Part shown: positions 46,596 to 53,953 of the stretch, one piece after another
How the letters are laid out: the number at the start of each line of letters is the position of its first letter
Position numbering within the stretch: position 1 is the first letter of the stretch
Assembly: GCA_016296065.1 (NCBI GenBank)
Contig: JAEDKA010000011.1
Span: 12,792-76,791, forward strand
Reading direction: 5' to 3'
Origin: Kiritimatiellia bacterium
Lineage (GTDB): Bacteria; Verrucomicrobiota; Kiritimatiellia; RFP12; UBA1067
Length of the DNA: 64,000 bases
Notes under the pieces: generated by a model
Told to the model about the DNA's origin: nothing
The model's database searches: none
Seen by the model: the letters and a program-made list of their open reading frames with translations, nothing else
Position numbers and translations under genes: made by a program

Positions 46596-47599
46596 CAGTC
46601 TGCCTCCGGCGGCGGAAGGCCGTCATGCCATATGTCGCGGTTGCTGAGATCTTCGTCAGCGGCCTTTTCCCTCAGCTTGCGTATCACCGAGAACATCACG
46701 CTCGGATAGTCCGTGGAGAACCCATCGCATCCGAGCTCGTGGAGCTTGAAGTAGACCTCCTCCTTGTCGCCGCCGCGGAACGGTATGGAGCAGACAGGTA
46801 TGCCGTGCGAATGGAACTCGGCTATGATTTTCCTGAGATACTCTTCGCGCGGGACAAACGGCTCGTCTGCATCGGGTTTGTAGTAGGTGTGCAGCGAAAC
46901 GGCGGAAACGCCCCTGAATCCATTGGCGCGCATTTCGTCCATCTTCTTCTCAAAATGCTCCTCGAACCGGGCAATGTCCGCGGCATTGTGCTTTGGCTTA
47001 GGCCAGGTTCCAATCCATATAAGCGTCTTTCCCCCGCCTGTCGCCTTGTTCCACTCCAGCGCCTTTTCGTAGTCCTGTCCGGTGTAGTACACCTGGTCCA
47101 GCACACCCGCCTCGCGCGCCTTGGCGGCGATATATTCCGGCCCCGCGCCCTTCTCGTCGACGAAGCACAGCCATTTCGGGCGACCCTTCATCGCGGCGAA
47201 CGTCGCCTCTATCGTAGGAATCCGCTCGCTGGAGTATTGAGGGTCTAGGTAGCTTCCGACGTCGACGTCCTTTATCTCGTCCCACGTCAAATCCTCCGAG
47301 ACCAGTCTGTCCGCCATCGCGGCGGATATGCCGCGCGCGGTGCGCTTGAGCGTCTTGTCGTGGAGCATGATGCCGACCCCGTCCTTGGTCCTGCGGCAGT
47401 CGCACTCGAGCGCGGAGCCGTTGCCCCAGCACCAGAGGAACGTCTCCAGGGTGTTGTCCGGACGCTCCAGCTTGCCGCCGCCACGGTGGACGTGCGAAAG
47501 GTGCAGAAGGTCTGTGCGCCCCTCGGCGAAAAGGCCAGAGGCCGCCAAAGACAAGGTCACGATGGCTGCCGCAATGGCATGTATGGCATTTCGGTTCAT
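46595..47599 (-). CDS. Secreted glycerophosphodiester phosphodiesterase (GDPD family)
   Basis: SHVHRGGGKLERPDNTLETFLWCWGNGSALECDCRRTKDGVGIMLHDKTLKRT (the HR..G...PENT...E.D...H.D pattern). SD GGAGGAAG. Confidence 0.82.
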   Translation of the reverse strand: MNRNAIHAIAAAIVTLSLAASGLFAEGRTDLLHLSHVHRGGGKLERPDNTLETFLWCWGNGSALECDCRRTKDGVGIMLHDKTLKRTARGISAAMADRLVSEDLTWDEIKDVDVGSYLDPQYSSERIPTIEATFAAMKGRPKWLCFVDEKGAGPEYIAAKAREAGVLDQVYYTGQDYEKALEWNKATGGGKTLIWIGTWPKPKHNAADIARFEEHFEKKMDEMRANGFRGVSAVSLHTYYKPDADEPFVPREEYLRKIIAEFHSHGIPVCSIPFRGGDKEEVYFKLHELGCDGFSTDYPSVMFSVIRKLREKAADEDLSNRDIWHDGLPPPEAD

Positions 47600-47620
47600 G
47601 TTTCTTCCTCCATTTTTCCG

Positions 47621-48547
47621 CTAAAGCACCTTTCGGACGTTTTCCACGAGATTGGGTGGAGGCGGTGTGCCACCTGGCATTGTGCAGGCCGCCGACCCTG
47701 CGGAAACCGCCCAGCCCGCTGCCTCCGCAGGAGAAGCACCGCATCCGAAGAGCCTCCAACAGTATTCCGCAAGCAGCGTGTCCCCCGCGGCGGTTGTATC
47801 CACGACTTCGATTTTCGGCGCCGACACGAACTCCCCGTCGAACCAAGCCCCCGCACCCCCGTCGGAAATTATGACATGAGCAGCCTTTTCACGCAGCATC
47901 GCCGTAGCCATTGTGAATTCCTCCGGCTTACTGGGGACAAAACCGACGAGCGCCTCGCATTCTTCGGCGTTCGGCTTTATCAGGTCGGGCTTCGCGTCAA
48001 GCGCCAGCTTCATCGGCTCTCCACTGGCGTCGACAACGACGGTCCATCCGAGCGCCTTGATCCGTGTGACCGCCCTGGCGTAGAAATCCTTCGGCACGGC
48101 CATCGGGAGCGATCCCGAGAGGATGGCGACTGCACCGGCAGCGGAGTCTGCGGCATCGAGGGAATCCAGAACGCCTGGAGTACCTGGATTATCCAGCCCA
48201 GGAAACGCCGCGCGGTTCAGCTTCACCGAGCCGCCTGGCCAAGTGATCATCTCGTTGCGGCGCGTCGCTCCCGGGACGCGGACGAACATGTCCTCTATCC
48301 CATATTTCGCAAGTTCCCTTTCGAACAGAGCGGCATTGTCCTCGCCTATAAGTCCGCCGCATGCGACTGAAGCTCCGCGTACCGCAAGCCACCGGGCGAC
48401 GTTTACCGCCTTTCCGCCGACGTTTTCCTCTTCGGCGACATCCTTGAATATCTCCCCCTCGCCGCGGAGCGCCCTCGGTAGATGCACTGTCGCATCTATC
48501 GCGGGACTCATGCAGAGGCAGAAGAACTGTTTTTTCGTGTTTCCCAT
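47621..48547 (-). CDS. 1-phosphofructokinase/tagatose-6-phosphate kinase-like PfkB kinase
   Basis: CLCMSPAIDATV, NVGGKAVNVARWL, C-terminal DTTAAGDTLLAEY. Start at Met45 of the track ORF. Confidence 0.82.
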   Translation of the reverse strand: MGNTKKQFFCLCMSPAIDATVHLPRALRGEGEIFKDVAEEENVGGKAVNVARWLAVRGASVACGGLIGEDNAALFERELAKYGIEDMFVRVPGATRRNEMITWPGGSVKLNRAAFPGLDNPGTPGVLDSLDAADSAAGAVAILSGSLPMAVPKDFYARAVTRIKALGWTVVVDASGEPMKLALDAKPDLIKPNAEECEALVGFVPSKPEEFTMATAMLREKAAHVIISDGGAGAWFDGEFVSAPKIEVVDTTAAGDTLLAEYCWRLFGCGASPAEAAGWAVSAGSAACTMPGGTPPPPNLVENVRKVL

Positions 48548-48558
48548 ATTCAGAAAGA

Positions 48559-49968
48559 TTATAGCACAATTCTGCGTTCGACGACTTTTGCAACGGGCTC
48601 GCCGATCGAAATCCTGGGCGCATTGGCGAGAAGGTAATCCTCGGCGGCCTTGCACCATAGTCCGTTGTTGGCAGTGCATATCCTGTCGAGTTCCGCATAG
48701 AACGGATCAGACTTGCCCCTTTCGGCGAAATCGGAGATCGCAACCATGGGCATGTCGATGTGGGTATAGACAAGACGCTTGCCACCAGGGACGACGGGAA
48801 GGTCGAACGTCGCCTGCGCGGCGGAGGGGAGTCCGCCGACGTGCGTTATCATCACTTCTGGATGAAGATACCCTCTTCCGATCCAGTCGACGGAATCCGC
48901 CATGTCCTTAACGTCGCCTCCTGAATTCGCGACTGTGTGGTGGTTCATGTAGTGGATGTTGTAGAAGTTGAACATTGCGGACAGCTTCTGGTCCGTCGGG
49001 CCCGCGAAGAAGTTGAGGCATCCGCCGAAGGCAAGAAGGTCCGAACACTGCGTGATGAGCGCAGGAACTGCCGCGAAGAGGAATATGTCGTCATAGCCGC
49101 CGCCCGTCGAAGTCGGGTTTGCGGCGTCCGCCGACTCGTCGCTGTTCAGCGACTTGAGATACGCAACGGGGTCTTCTACGTTCTTCGTATTGACAAAACT
49201 CACGTCTACACCGTTCACCTTCCCTGCGGCAAACAAGCCAGATGGCCGTTCATCGCCCAGTCCTGACGCCCGAACCGTGTTCGGACAAAGCCCGAACATC
49301 CTCGCCGCGCGCCCGAGCCTCGCGTCGTCGATGTCCGTCACGACAAGGCGGCGCGGGCGCTTCTCGGGCGAATGGCAGGCGATGTCTATGCAGCCTAGCC
49401 CCATCGCGCCGCACCCTGCGAGAAGCAGCATCGAGCCGCCGTTCGCGATTCCCATTTCGTGTACGTGGGAGCCGAATGGGTGGTGGTAGTTGGAGCGGAA
49501 GGCCGAGACGATGCAAGAAATGGGCTCGGCGAGGGAGCACTTGAAGAAGGCGTCGCCATCGTATGGGAGAAGGCAGCCCATCTCCATTATGACGGACGGC
49601 AAGTACACATGCGTCGTCTCGCCGCCGATAGAGTGCCATGCGTAGCCCATGGTCTCAAGTTCATGGCCGGGGATGTTGAAGGCAGGCTGAATGCAGACGC
49701 GCTGACCGACCTTGAACTGCGAGGCCCACTTCGGGCCAACCTCGCGCACGATGCCGGATATCTCGTGTCCGAACATGATGGGATTCGTCGCGATGTCCTT
49801 CGGCACGCGCTTGTGTCCCGTGCCGAGCGACACCGCCTTGTAGTCGCTGAGACATATCGTGTTAGTCACGATTTCAACAACAACACCGTCATCGCCTGCT
49901 TCTTCGAGCTCGACGTCTTCAAGCCGGGCGTCCTTCGCCCCATAGAGCCTCCATGCCTTTGCATTCAT
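48559..49968 (-). CDS. Zn-dependent medium-chain dehydrogenase (polyol/sorbitol-dehydrogenase-like) with a long insertion
   Basis: VVVEIVTNTICLSDYK, FGHEISGIVREVG, LLLAGCGAMGLG (Rossmann). At 469 aa it is longer than a typical MDR enzyme. Confidence 0.75.
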   Translation of the reverse strand: MNAKAWRLYGAKDARLEDVELEEAGDDGVVVEIVTNTICLSDYKAVSLGTGHKRVPKDIATNPIMFGHEISGIVREVGPKWASQFKVGQRVCIQPAFNIPGHELETMGYAWHSIGGETTHVYLPSVIMEMGCLLPYDGDAFFKCSLAEPISCIVSAFRSNYHHPFGSHVHEMGIANGGSMLLLAGCGAMGLGCIDIACHSPEKRPRRLVVTDIDDARLGRAARMFGLCPNTVRASGLGDERPSGLFAAGKVNGVDVSFVNTKNVEDPVAYLKSLNSDESADAANPTSTGGGYDDIFLFAAVPALITQCSDLLAFGGCLNFFAGPTDQKLSAMFNFYNIHYMNHHTVANSGGDVKDMADSVDWIGRGYLHPEVMITHVGGLPSAAQATFDLPVVPGGKRLVYTHIDMPMVAISDFAERGKSDPFYAELDRICTANNGLWCKAAEDYLLANAPRISIGEPVAKVVERRIVL

Positions 49969-49999
49969 TTCGTATTCTCCTTTCCGAATTTACGCGCCT

Positions 50000-50036
50000 A
50001 TTTTAGCATTTCGCCCATGCGCAGTAAATTGCAAGA
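50000..50036 (-). promoter_or_regulatory. Promoter and operator of the ADH-FruK-GDPD-GlpT-phosphoesterase operon
   Basis: Minus strand reads ATCTTGCAAT-N22-TAAAAT, then a 31-nt leader with SD AAAGGAG. Same TTGCAAT-N22 geometry as 43975-44014. Confidence 0.5.
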
Positions 50037-50120
50037 TATCGCCTAATGTTTGCATAATTCATCGCAACATCGAGTATGCGCGGGAAAGGGGAAAATATGC
50101 TATAATAGCGGCATTGGCAT

Positions 50121-51284
50121 ATGAATAAGAAAGTTCTAGTAATGATATCGCCAGTCAGCGCGCAGCGGCTGAACGGCGTCGCGCATTACGCGCGCGAGCA
50201 GGGCTGGTACCTGATGATCCAGGACCGCATAGGCTCGAGACCGCTTGCATGGGAAGGCGACGGAGTGATTGTGGCGCTTCGCTCGGACAACACCGCCGTC
50301 AATGCGGTAAGCCGCTTCCGCGCGCAAGGCATACCTGTCGTGGACGTAACGATAAGCCGTCCCGAAGTGGCGCTGCCCCGCGTGATGAGCGACCACGAGG
50401 CTATCGGACGCATGGCGGCAGAACATTTCGCCGAACGCAATTTCCGCAATCTCGCGTGGTTCTCGACAGGATGGGGACACGTCCAGGAACTGCGCTACAG
50501 CGGATTTACGGAAAAGTCCGTCGCCATGAAGTGGGTTGCCGCGGAGGCGCTTCCGAAATCATGCCTGGCGAACTACTCGGCGTTCCTCAAATGGATCGCC
50601 TCGACGCTGAAGAAATGCGAAAAGCCGGTCGGCGTGCTTACCTACGACGAAACGGACGCGGCAAAGCTCCTCGACGCGGCGGAAAAATGCAATCTGTCGG
50701 TGCCCGAGGAAATCGCGATACTTTCCATCGGCAATGACCCGATCATCTGCGAGAACCAGTCCGTCCCACTTTCTTCCATCGACCAGAACCTGGAAACCGG
50801 CGGATACGAAGCCGCGCGCCTCCTGGGTGCGCTCATGCTCGGCAAGTCCGCCCCGGCGAAGCCCATCCTCGTTCCGCCAAAGGGAATAGTCCTCAGGAGG
50901 TCAACCGACATCATTGCCTCGTCGGATCCGCTTGTCGAGCAGACCCTCGCCTACATCACGGCGAACATTTCAAAGCCCTTTGGCGCCGCGCAGATCGCCA
51001 ACTCGCTTGGCGTCAGCCGCAATGTACTCGACAAGCGATTCCGGTCCGATATGAACCGTTCGATAGGGGACGAGATAGCGCGGCAGCGCCTTGCGCTGGT
51101 GAAGACGCTATTGCGCGACACCGACGACACGCTTGCCGAAATCGCAGCCGTTGCGGGATTCTGCACCCAGTCGCATCTCGCGAATGTGTTCCGCGACACG
51201 ACAGGGTCGACTCCCTCGGCATGGCGCAAAGAGCACCGCCAGCGGAGGTGCCTGCCCTTGTCGGAAAGATCTACCTTTGCTTGA
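50121..51284 (+). CDS. XylR-like regulator (periplasmic-binding-protein-like sugar sensor + AraC-type HTH)
   Basis: C-terminal LAYITANISKPFGAAQIANSLGVSRNVLDKRFR...TLAEIAAVAGFCTQSHLANVFRDTTGSTPSAWR. The N-terminal 270 aa are LacI/PBP1-like. TATAAT at 50101-50106. Confidence 0.82.
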   Translation: MNKKVLVMISPVSAQRLNGVAHYAREQGWYLMIQDRIGSRPLAWEGDGVIVALRSDNTAVNAVSRFRAQGIPVVDVTISRPEVALPRVMSDHEAIGRMAAEHFAERNFRNLAWFSTGWGHVQELRYSGFTEKSVAMKWVAAEALPKSCLANYSAFLKWIASTLKKCEKPVGVLTYDETDAAKLLDAAEKCNLSVPEEIAILSIGNDPIICENQSVPLSSIDQNLETGGYEAARLLGALMLGKSAPAKPILVPPKGIVLRRSTDIIASSDPLVEQTLAYITANISKPFGAAQIANSLGVSRNVLDKRFRSDMNRSIGDEIARQRLALVKTLLRDTDDTLAEIAAVAGFCTQSHLANVFRDTTGSTPSAWRKEHRQRRCLPLSERSTFA

Positions 51285-52021
51285 TGTAGTCGGTAATCCG
51301 CCGCAGCGCGGAGGGGCGTGCAGTGGGCGCGGTCGAAGCGCGTGCCGAACGGACCCATCGTGAGCGCCGAATCGTCGGACGGCTGGTGAACGACCGAGTG
51401 GAACACGAAGCGCCTTACACCCGCTGACTTGAGCAGATCAATCGCTTCGGCGAAGTTTTCCAGCGTCGGCGCAATGTCCGCATCGACGGGGAAAGCCGTG
51501 AACGCTTCGCAGCCGACATACGTCTTTCCGCAGGACTTCGCCGCAGCATTGACTCGCATCGGACGTTCGATGGAACCATAATGCGACTTCGCCCAGTATT
51601 CGCTCATCGGCAGATCGAGATACTTCACGAACGTTTCCATATCAAAGTCGCCGTCACCGTAAGGTTCGCCCGCTACGAGGAGTCCGAGTTTGTGCGCGCG
51701 CTCTGCGAACGGCGCAAGAAACTCCGTCTCGAATAGATGCTTCTTCGTCGCCTCGTAGTCGAGGGTGAACTTGGTTGCCCATTGCGCTTCTTCTTTTGTC
51801 ATCTGAAGCGGGGTAATCGATACAGCATCAGCATCCGGTCGGCGATGGAACGCCGACCCTACCGGCACGGCGGATTGAACGGAACCAACACGCAGGACAT
51901 TGCGCCCCGTAAGCACGGGGAGATACGGAATGCAGTCGTAGCCGCAGCGCGCCTTGAACTTTGCAGCGAAGTCGTCGGTCCAGTCCTGCTTCCCCGCCTC
52001 CCAGCTGTCGATGACGTCCAT
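51285..52021 (-). pseudogene. Internal fragment of a GH106-like gene
   Basis: MDVIDSWEAGKQDWTDDFAAKFKARCGYDCIPYLPVLTG parallels ILDSHEAGAQNWTDDMLKEFARRRGYDFRPYLPLMAG of 16656-23147. The N-terminal catalytic half is missing (a REP cluster lies upstream). The 3' part of the track ORF runs antisense into the regulator gene. Confidence 0.6.
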
Positions 52022-52024
52022 TAA

Positions 52025-52171
52025 GGGGGTCCGTCGCTCCGCGAAGGACTTTATGATGCAACTGTTCTTCTGCTTTTCTTTGTTCCGTCGCGGAGCGACG
52101 GAACCCCCTGCATCAACCGTATACGGCATCTCATTTCATTGTTGCGTCGCGGAGCGACGCAACCCCCTGCC
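52025..52171. repeat. Cluster of three REP-like hairpins
   Basis: gggggtccgtcgcTCCgcgaaggac (52025-52049, inverted), gttccgtcgcGGAgcgacggaaccccctgc (52082-52111) and gttgcgtcgcGGAgcgacgcaaccccctgcc (52141-52171). Confidence 0.8.
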
Positions 52172-52187
52172 TTTTTTATTGCAGTAG

Positions 52188-53807
52188 TCACAGTTCACGG
52201 ACAAGAACAAGCGACCAGGGCGAAAGTGTGCGGCGCAGGACGAGACGCCCACTGGAATCGGCACGCACCATCTCGCGCTTTGTCGCTTCGCCCGCGGCCT
52301 TGAGCGCGGCGGTCTGCTCGCGTGTGGGCGAGCGTGGCGACCCCATCTCGCGCCATACCTTTATCGCGTTGCCGTTGTCGTCGTCAAGCGTCTCGATCTC
52401 GAACGGCGCGCCACCATTGAGCCCAGTCAACGTCAGGTCCAGCTCCATCGGAGAGGCGTCCATATACTTTCCGCAGTCGGACGTTGCTGGAACGTGACTC
52501 TCGTATTCCTTCGGATAGGCGTATGCGAGCGCGGCGCATTTGCCGCGCGCCGAATCGCGCGTCACAGTCACGTTGTCCGCGTTCCAGAGAAGTTCGTCTC
52601 CGAGCGCGTTCATCATGCGGTACGCGTGATAGGACGGCTTCGCGACGCCCTGGAAGTTAAGCATGCCGAATCCGCCGTGGAAGATGTCCCTTCCGCCGCC
52701 CTTCTCCTCGAAGATGTCCGTAAAGGTCCAGTACATGAGCGAATCGACCTTGCCCGCGTTCTCGAGCGAGACTTTCGCGATGTACGCGGCGGGCGGAAGG
52801 TTGTCGTGCAGCGCGTCGCGGCTGTTCGGCGACGTGCTCCATTCGGTGATGTGTATCTCCGCGTTCGGATAGGCGCTCGCGGCGAGCGTCTTTTTGAGAT
52901 ACGCGAAGTCGTCGCGCACGGAATGGACGTAGCGGATCGCGTTCTTGCCGCGTCCCGACACCGGGTCCAGCGCGTAGTCCGTCGGATACGTATGGCAGGA
53001 GATGAAGTCGACCGGAAGCTTCTCCTTCTCGCAGAACGCGAGGAACTCTTCGATCCATACGCCCTTCCACTGCTGCTTGTTGATCGTCTCCTGCGGATAG
53101 AACACGCTCTTATTGTTGTCCTGTATCTCGCCGTCGTGACGCGAGTCGGCTATGAAGTTTGAGGTCGCGGGCCCTCCGACCTTGAGCGACGGATGGACTG
53201 ATTTGATTGCGTTCGCGCTCACGCGATACAATTCGAAATAGTCGCTCTTCGTGCCATGAAAGAATCCCCAATATAGATTTGGTTCGTTCCAAACCTCGAA
53301 ATACCACTTCTGAATTTCATCAATACCGTAGCGTTCGACCAGGTGCCGCGCGAACGCCTCGATCATGCGTCCCCAGGCGGGGTATTTGGCGCGGTCCGGC
53401 TCGACATGTCCGCGATACCACATCACGGTGCGTGAATTCTCCTTGGCGAGCGCAGACGGGAAGAACGAAAGCTCTACGAACGGCCTGACGCCCTCGGCAA
53501 GCATTCGGTCGTAGACCTCGTCTATGTACTGCCAGCTGTAGTTTCCGTCGCCGAAATAGACGAACATGTCGTCGTTGAACGTGTCGTGCATGCGCACGTA
53601 GCGGAATCCGCAGTCCGTGTTCGCGCGCACGAGGTGTTCGTGCCACGCCGCTCGTAGCCCCTCGTTGACGCGTCCCGCGCCCACGCCGAAGCTCCAATAG
53701 TGCTCGAACGGCGTACCCTTGGCCTGTGCATCGACTGCTACAGGCGCTGCATTCAGCGAAATCGCGGCAGACGCCGCGGCGACAATGGCTATGGTCCTCG
53801 TTTTCAT
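52188..53807 (-). CDS. GH39 glycoside hydrolase (beta-xylosidase/alpha-L-iduronidase family), secreted
   Basis: MKTRTIAIVAAASAAISLNA, FRYVRMHDTFNDD, WYFEVWNEPNL, IHITEWSTS. Start at Met20 of the track ORF. Confidence 0.85.
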   Translation of the reverse strand: MKTRTIAIVAAASAAISLNAAPVAVDAQAKGTPFEHYWSFGVGAGRVNEGLRAAWHEHLVRANTDCGFRYVRMHDTFNDDMFVYFGDGNYSWQYIDEVYDRMLAEGVRPFVELSFFPSALAKENSRTVMWYRGHVEPDRAKYPAWGRMIEAFARHLVERYGIDEIQKWYFEVWNEPNLYWGFFHGTKSDYFELYRVSANAIKSVHPSLKVGGPATSNFIADSRHDGEIQDNNKSVFYPQETINKQQWKGVWIEEFLAFCEKEKLPVDFISCHTYPTDYALDPVSGRGKNAIRYVHSVRDDFAYLKKTLAASAYPNAEIHITEWSTSPNSRDALHDNLPPAAYIAKVSLENAGKVDSLMYWTFTDIFEEKGGGRDIFHGGFGMLNFQGVAKPSYHAYRMMNALGDELLWNADNVTVTRDSARGKCAALAYAYPKEYESHVPATSDCGKYMDASPMELDLTLTGLNGGAPFEIETLDDDNGNAIKVWREMGSPRSPTREQTAALKAAGEATKREMVRADSSGRLVLRRTLSPWSLVLVREL

Positions 53808-53858
53808 ACCTCCATTATAATGCATGAACCGCCGCCCCGCCATCCCCCTATGTAGGGA
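53808..53858 (-). promoter_or_regulatory. Leaderless-type promoter with CCCTA..TAGGG palindrome
   Basis: ACTCCCTACATAGGGGGAT-N22-TATAAT-GGAGGT-ATG. Hexamer 53814-53819. Confidence 0.55.
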
Positions 53859-53866
53859 GTGCACAC

Positions 53867-53911
53867 TACCCCTATGTAGGTATTCTTACTCGACTCTTGA
53901 TTTGCTAAACT
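53867..53911 (+). promoter_or_regulatory. Divergent promoter with the same box geometry (leadered)
   Basis: TACCCCTATGTAGGTAT-N22-TAAACT (53906-53911). 42 nt run to the ATG, with GGAG at 53946-53949. Confidence 0.5.
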
Positions 53912-53953
53912 TGTTTGCGTCATACGTGACAGCATCAAAATGATTGGAGAGAC

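Noticed and set aside
48562-48567. TATAAT 10 nt upstream of the FruK-like start, as another leaderless-type promoter.
   Set aside because: The hexamer is formed by the last sense codon and the stop codon of the upstream dehydrogenase (CTA TAA). The spacing is 10 nt rather than 6, and there is no upstream box at N22. It is most likely coincidental, and the gene is read as operon-internal.
50071-50106. The XylR-like gene promoter as a member of the N22 box family.
   Set aside because: TATAAT (50101-50106) is preceded by GAGTAT at N23, not N22, and the ATG is 14 nt downstream. The resemblance is too weak to count.
50951-52129. Treating the full 392-aa ORF as an intact gene.
   Set aside because: Its 5' end is REP sequence. 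Its 3' third is antisense to the well-supported XylR-like gene. Only the central part shows GH106-like homology, so it is called a pseudogene fragment instead.
52025-52171. Possible CRISPR array, suggested by about 30-nt repeats 59 nt apart.
   Set aside because: There are only three copies, and one is inverted and degenerate. The repeat is itself a perfect hairpin. The same unit occurs singly or in inverted pairs at 24.6, 24.8 and 30.1 kb. No cas genes are present. This is the behaviour of REP/BIME elements, not CRISPR.
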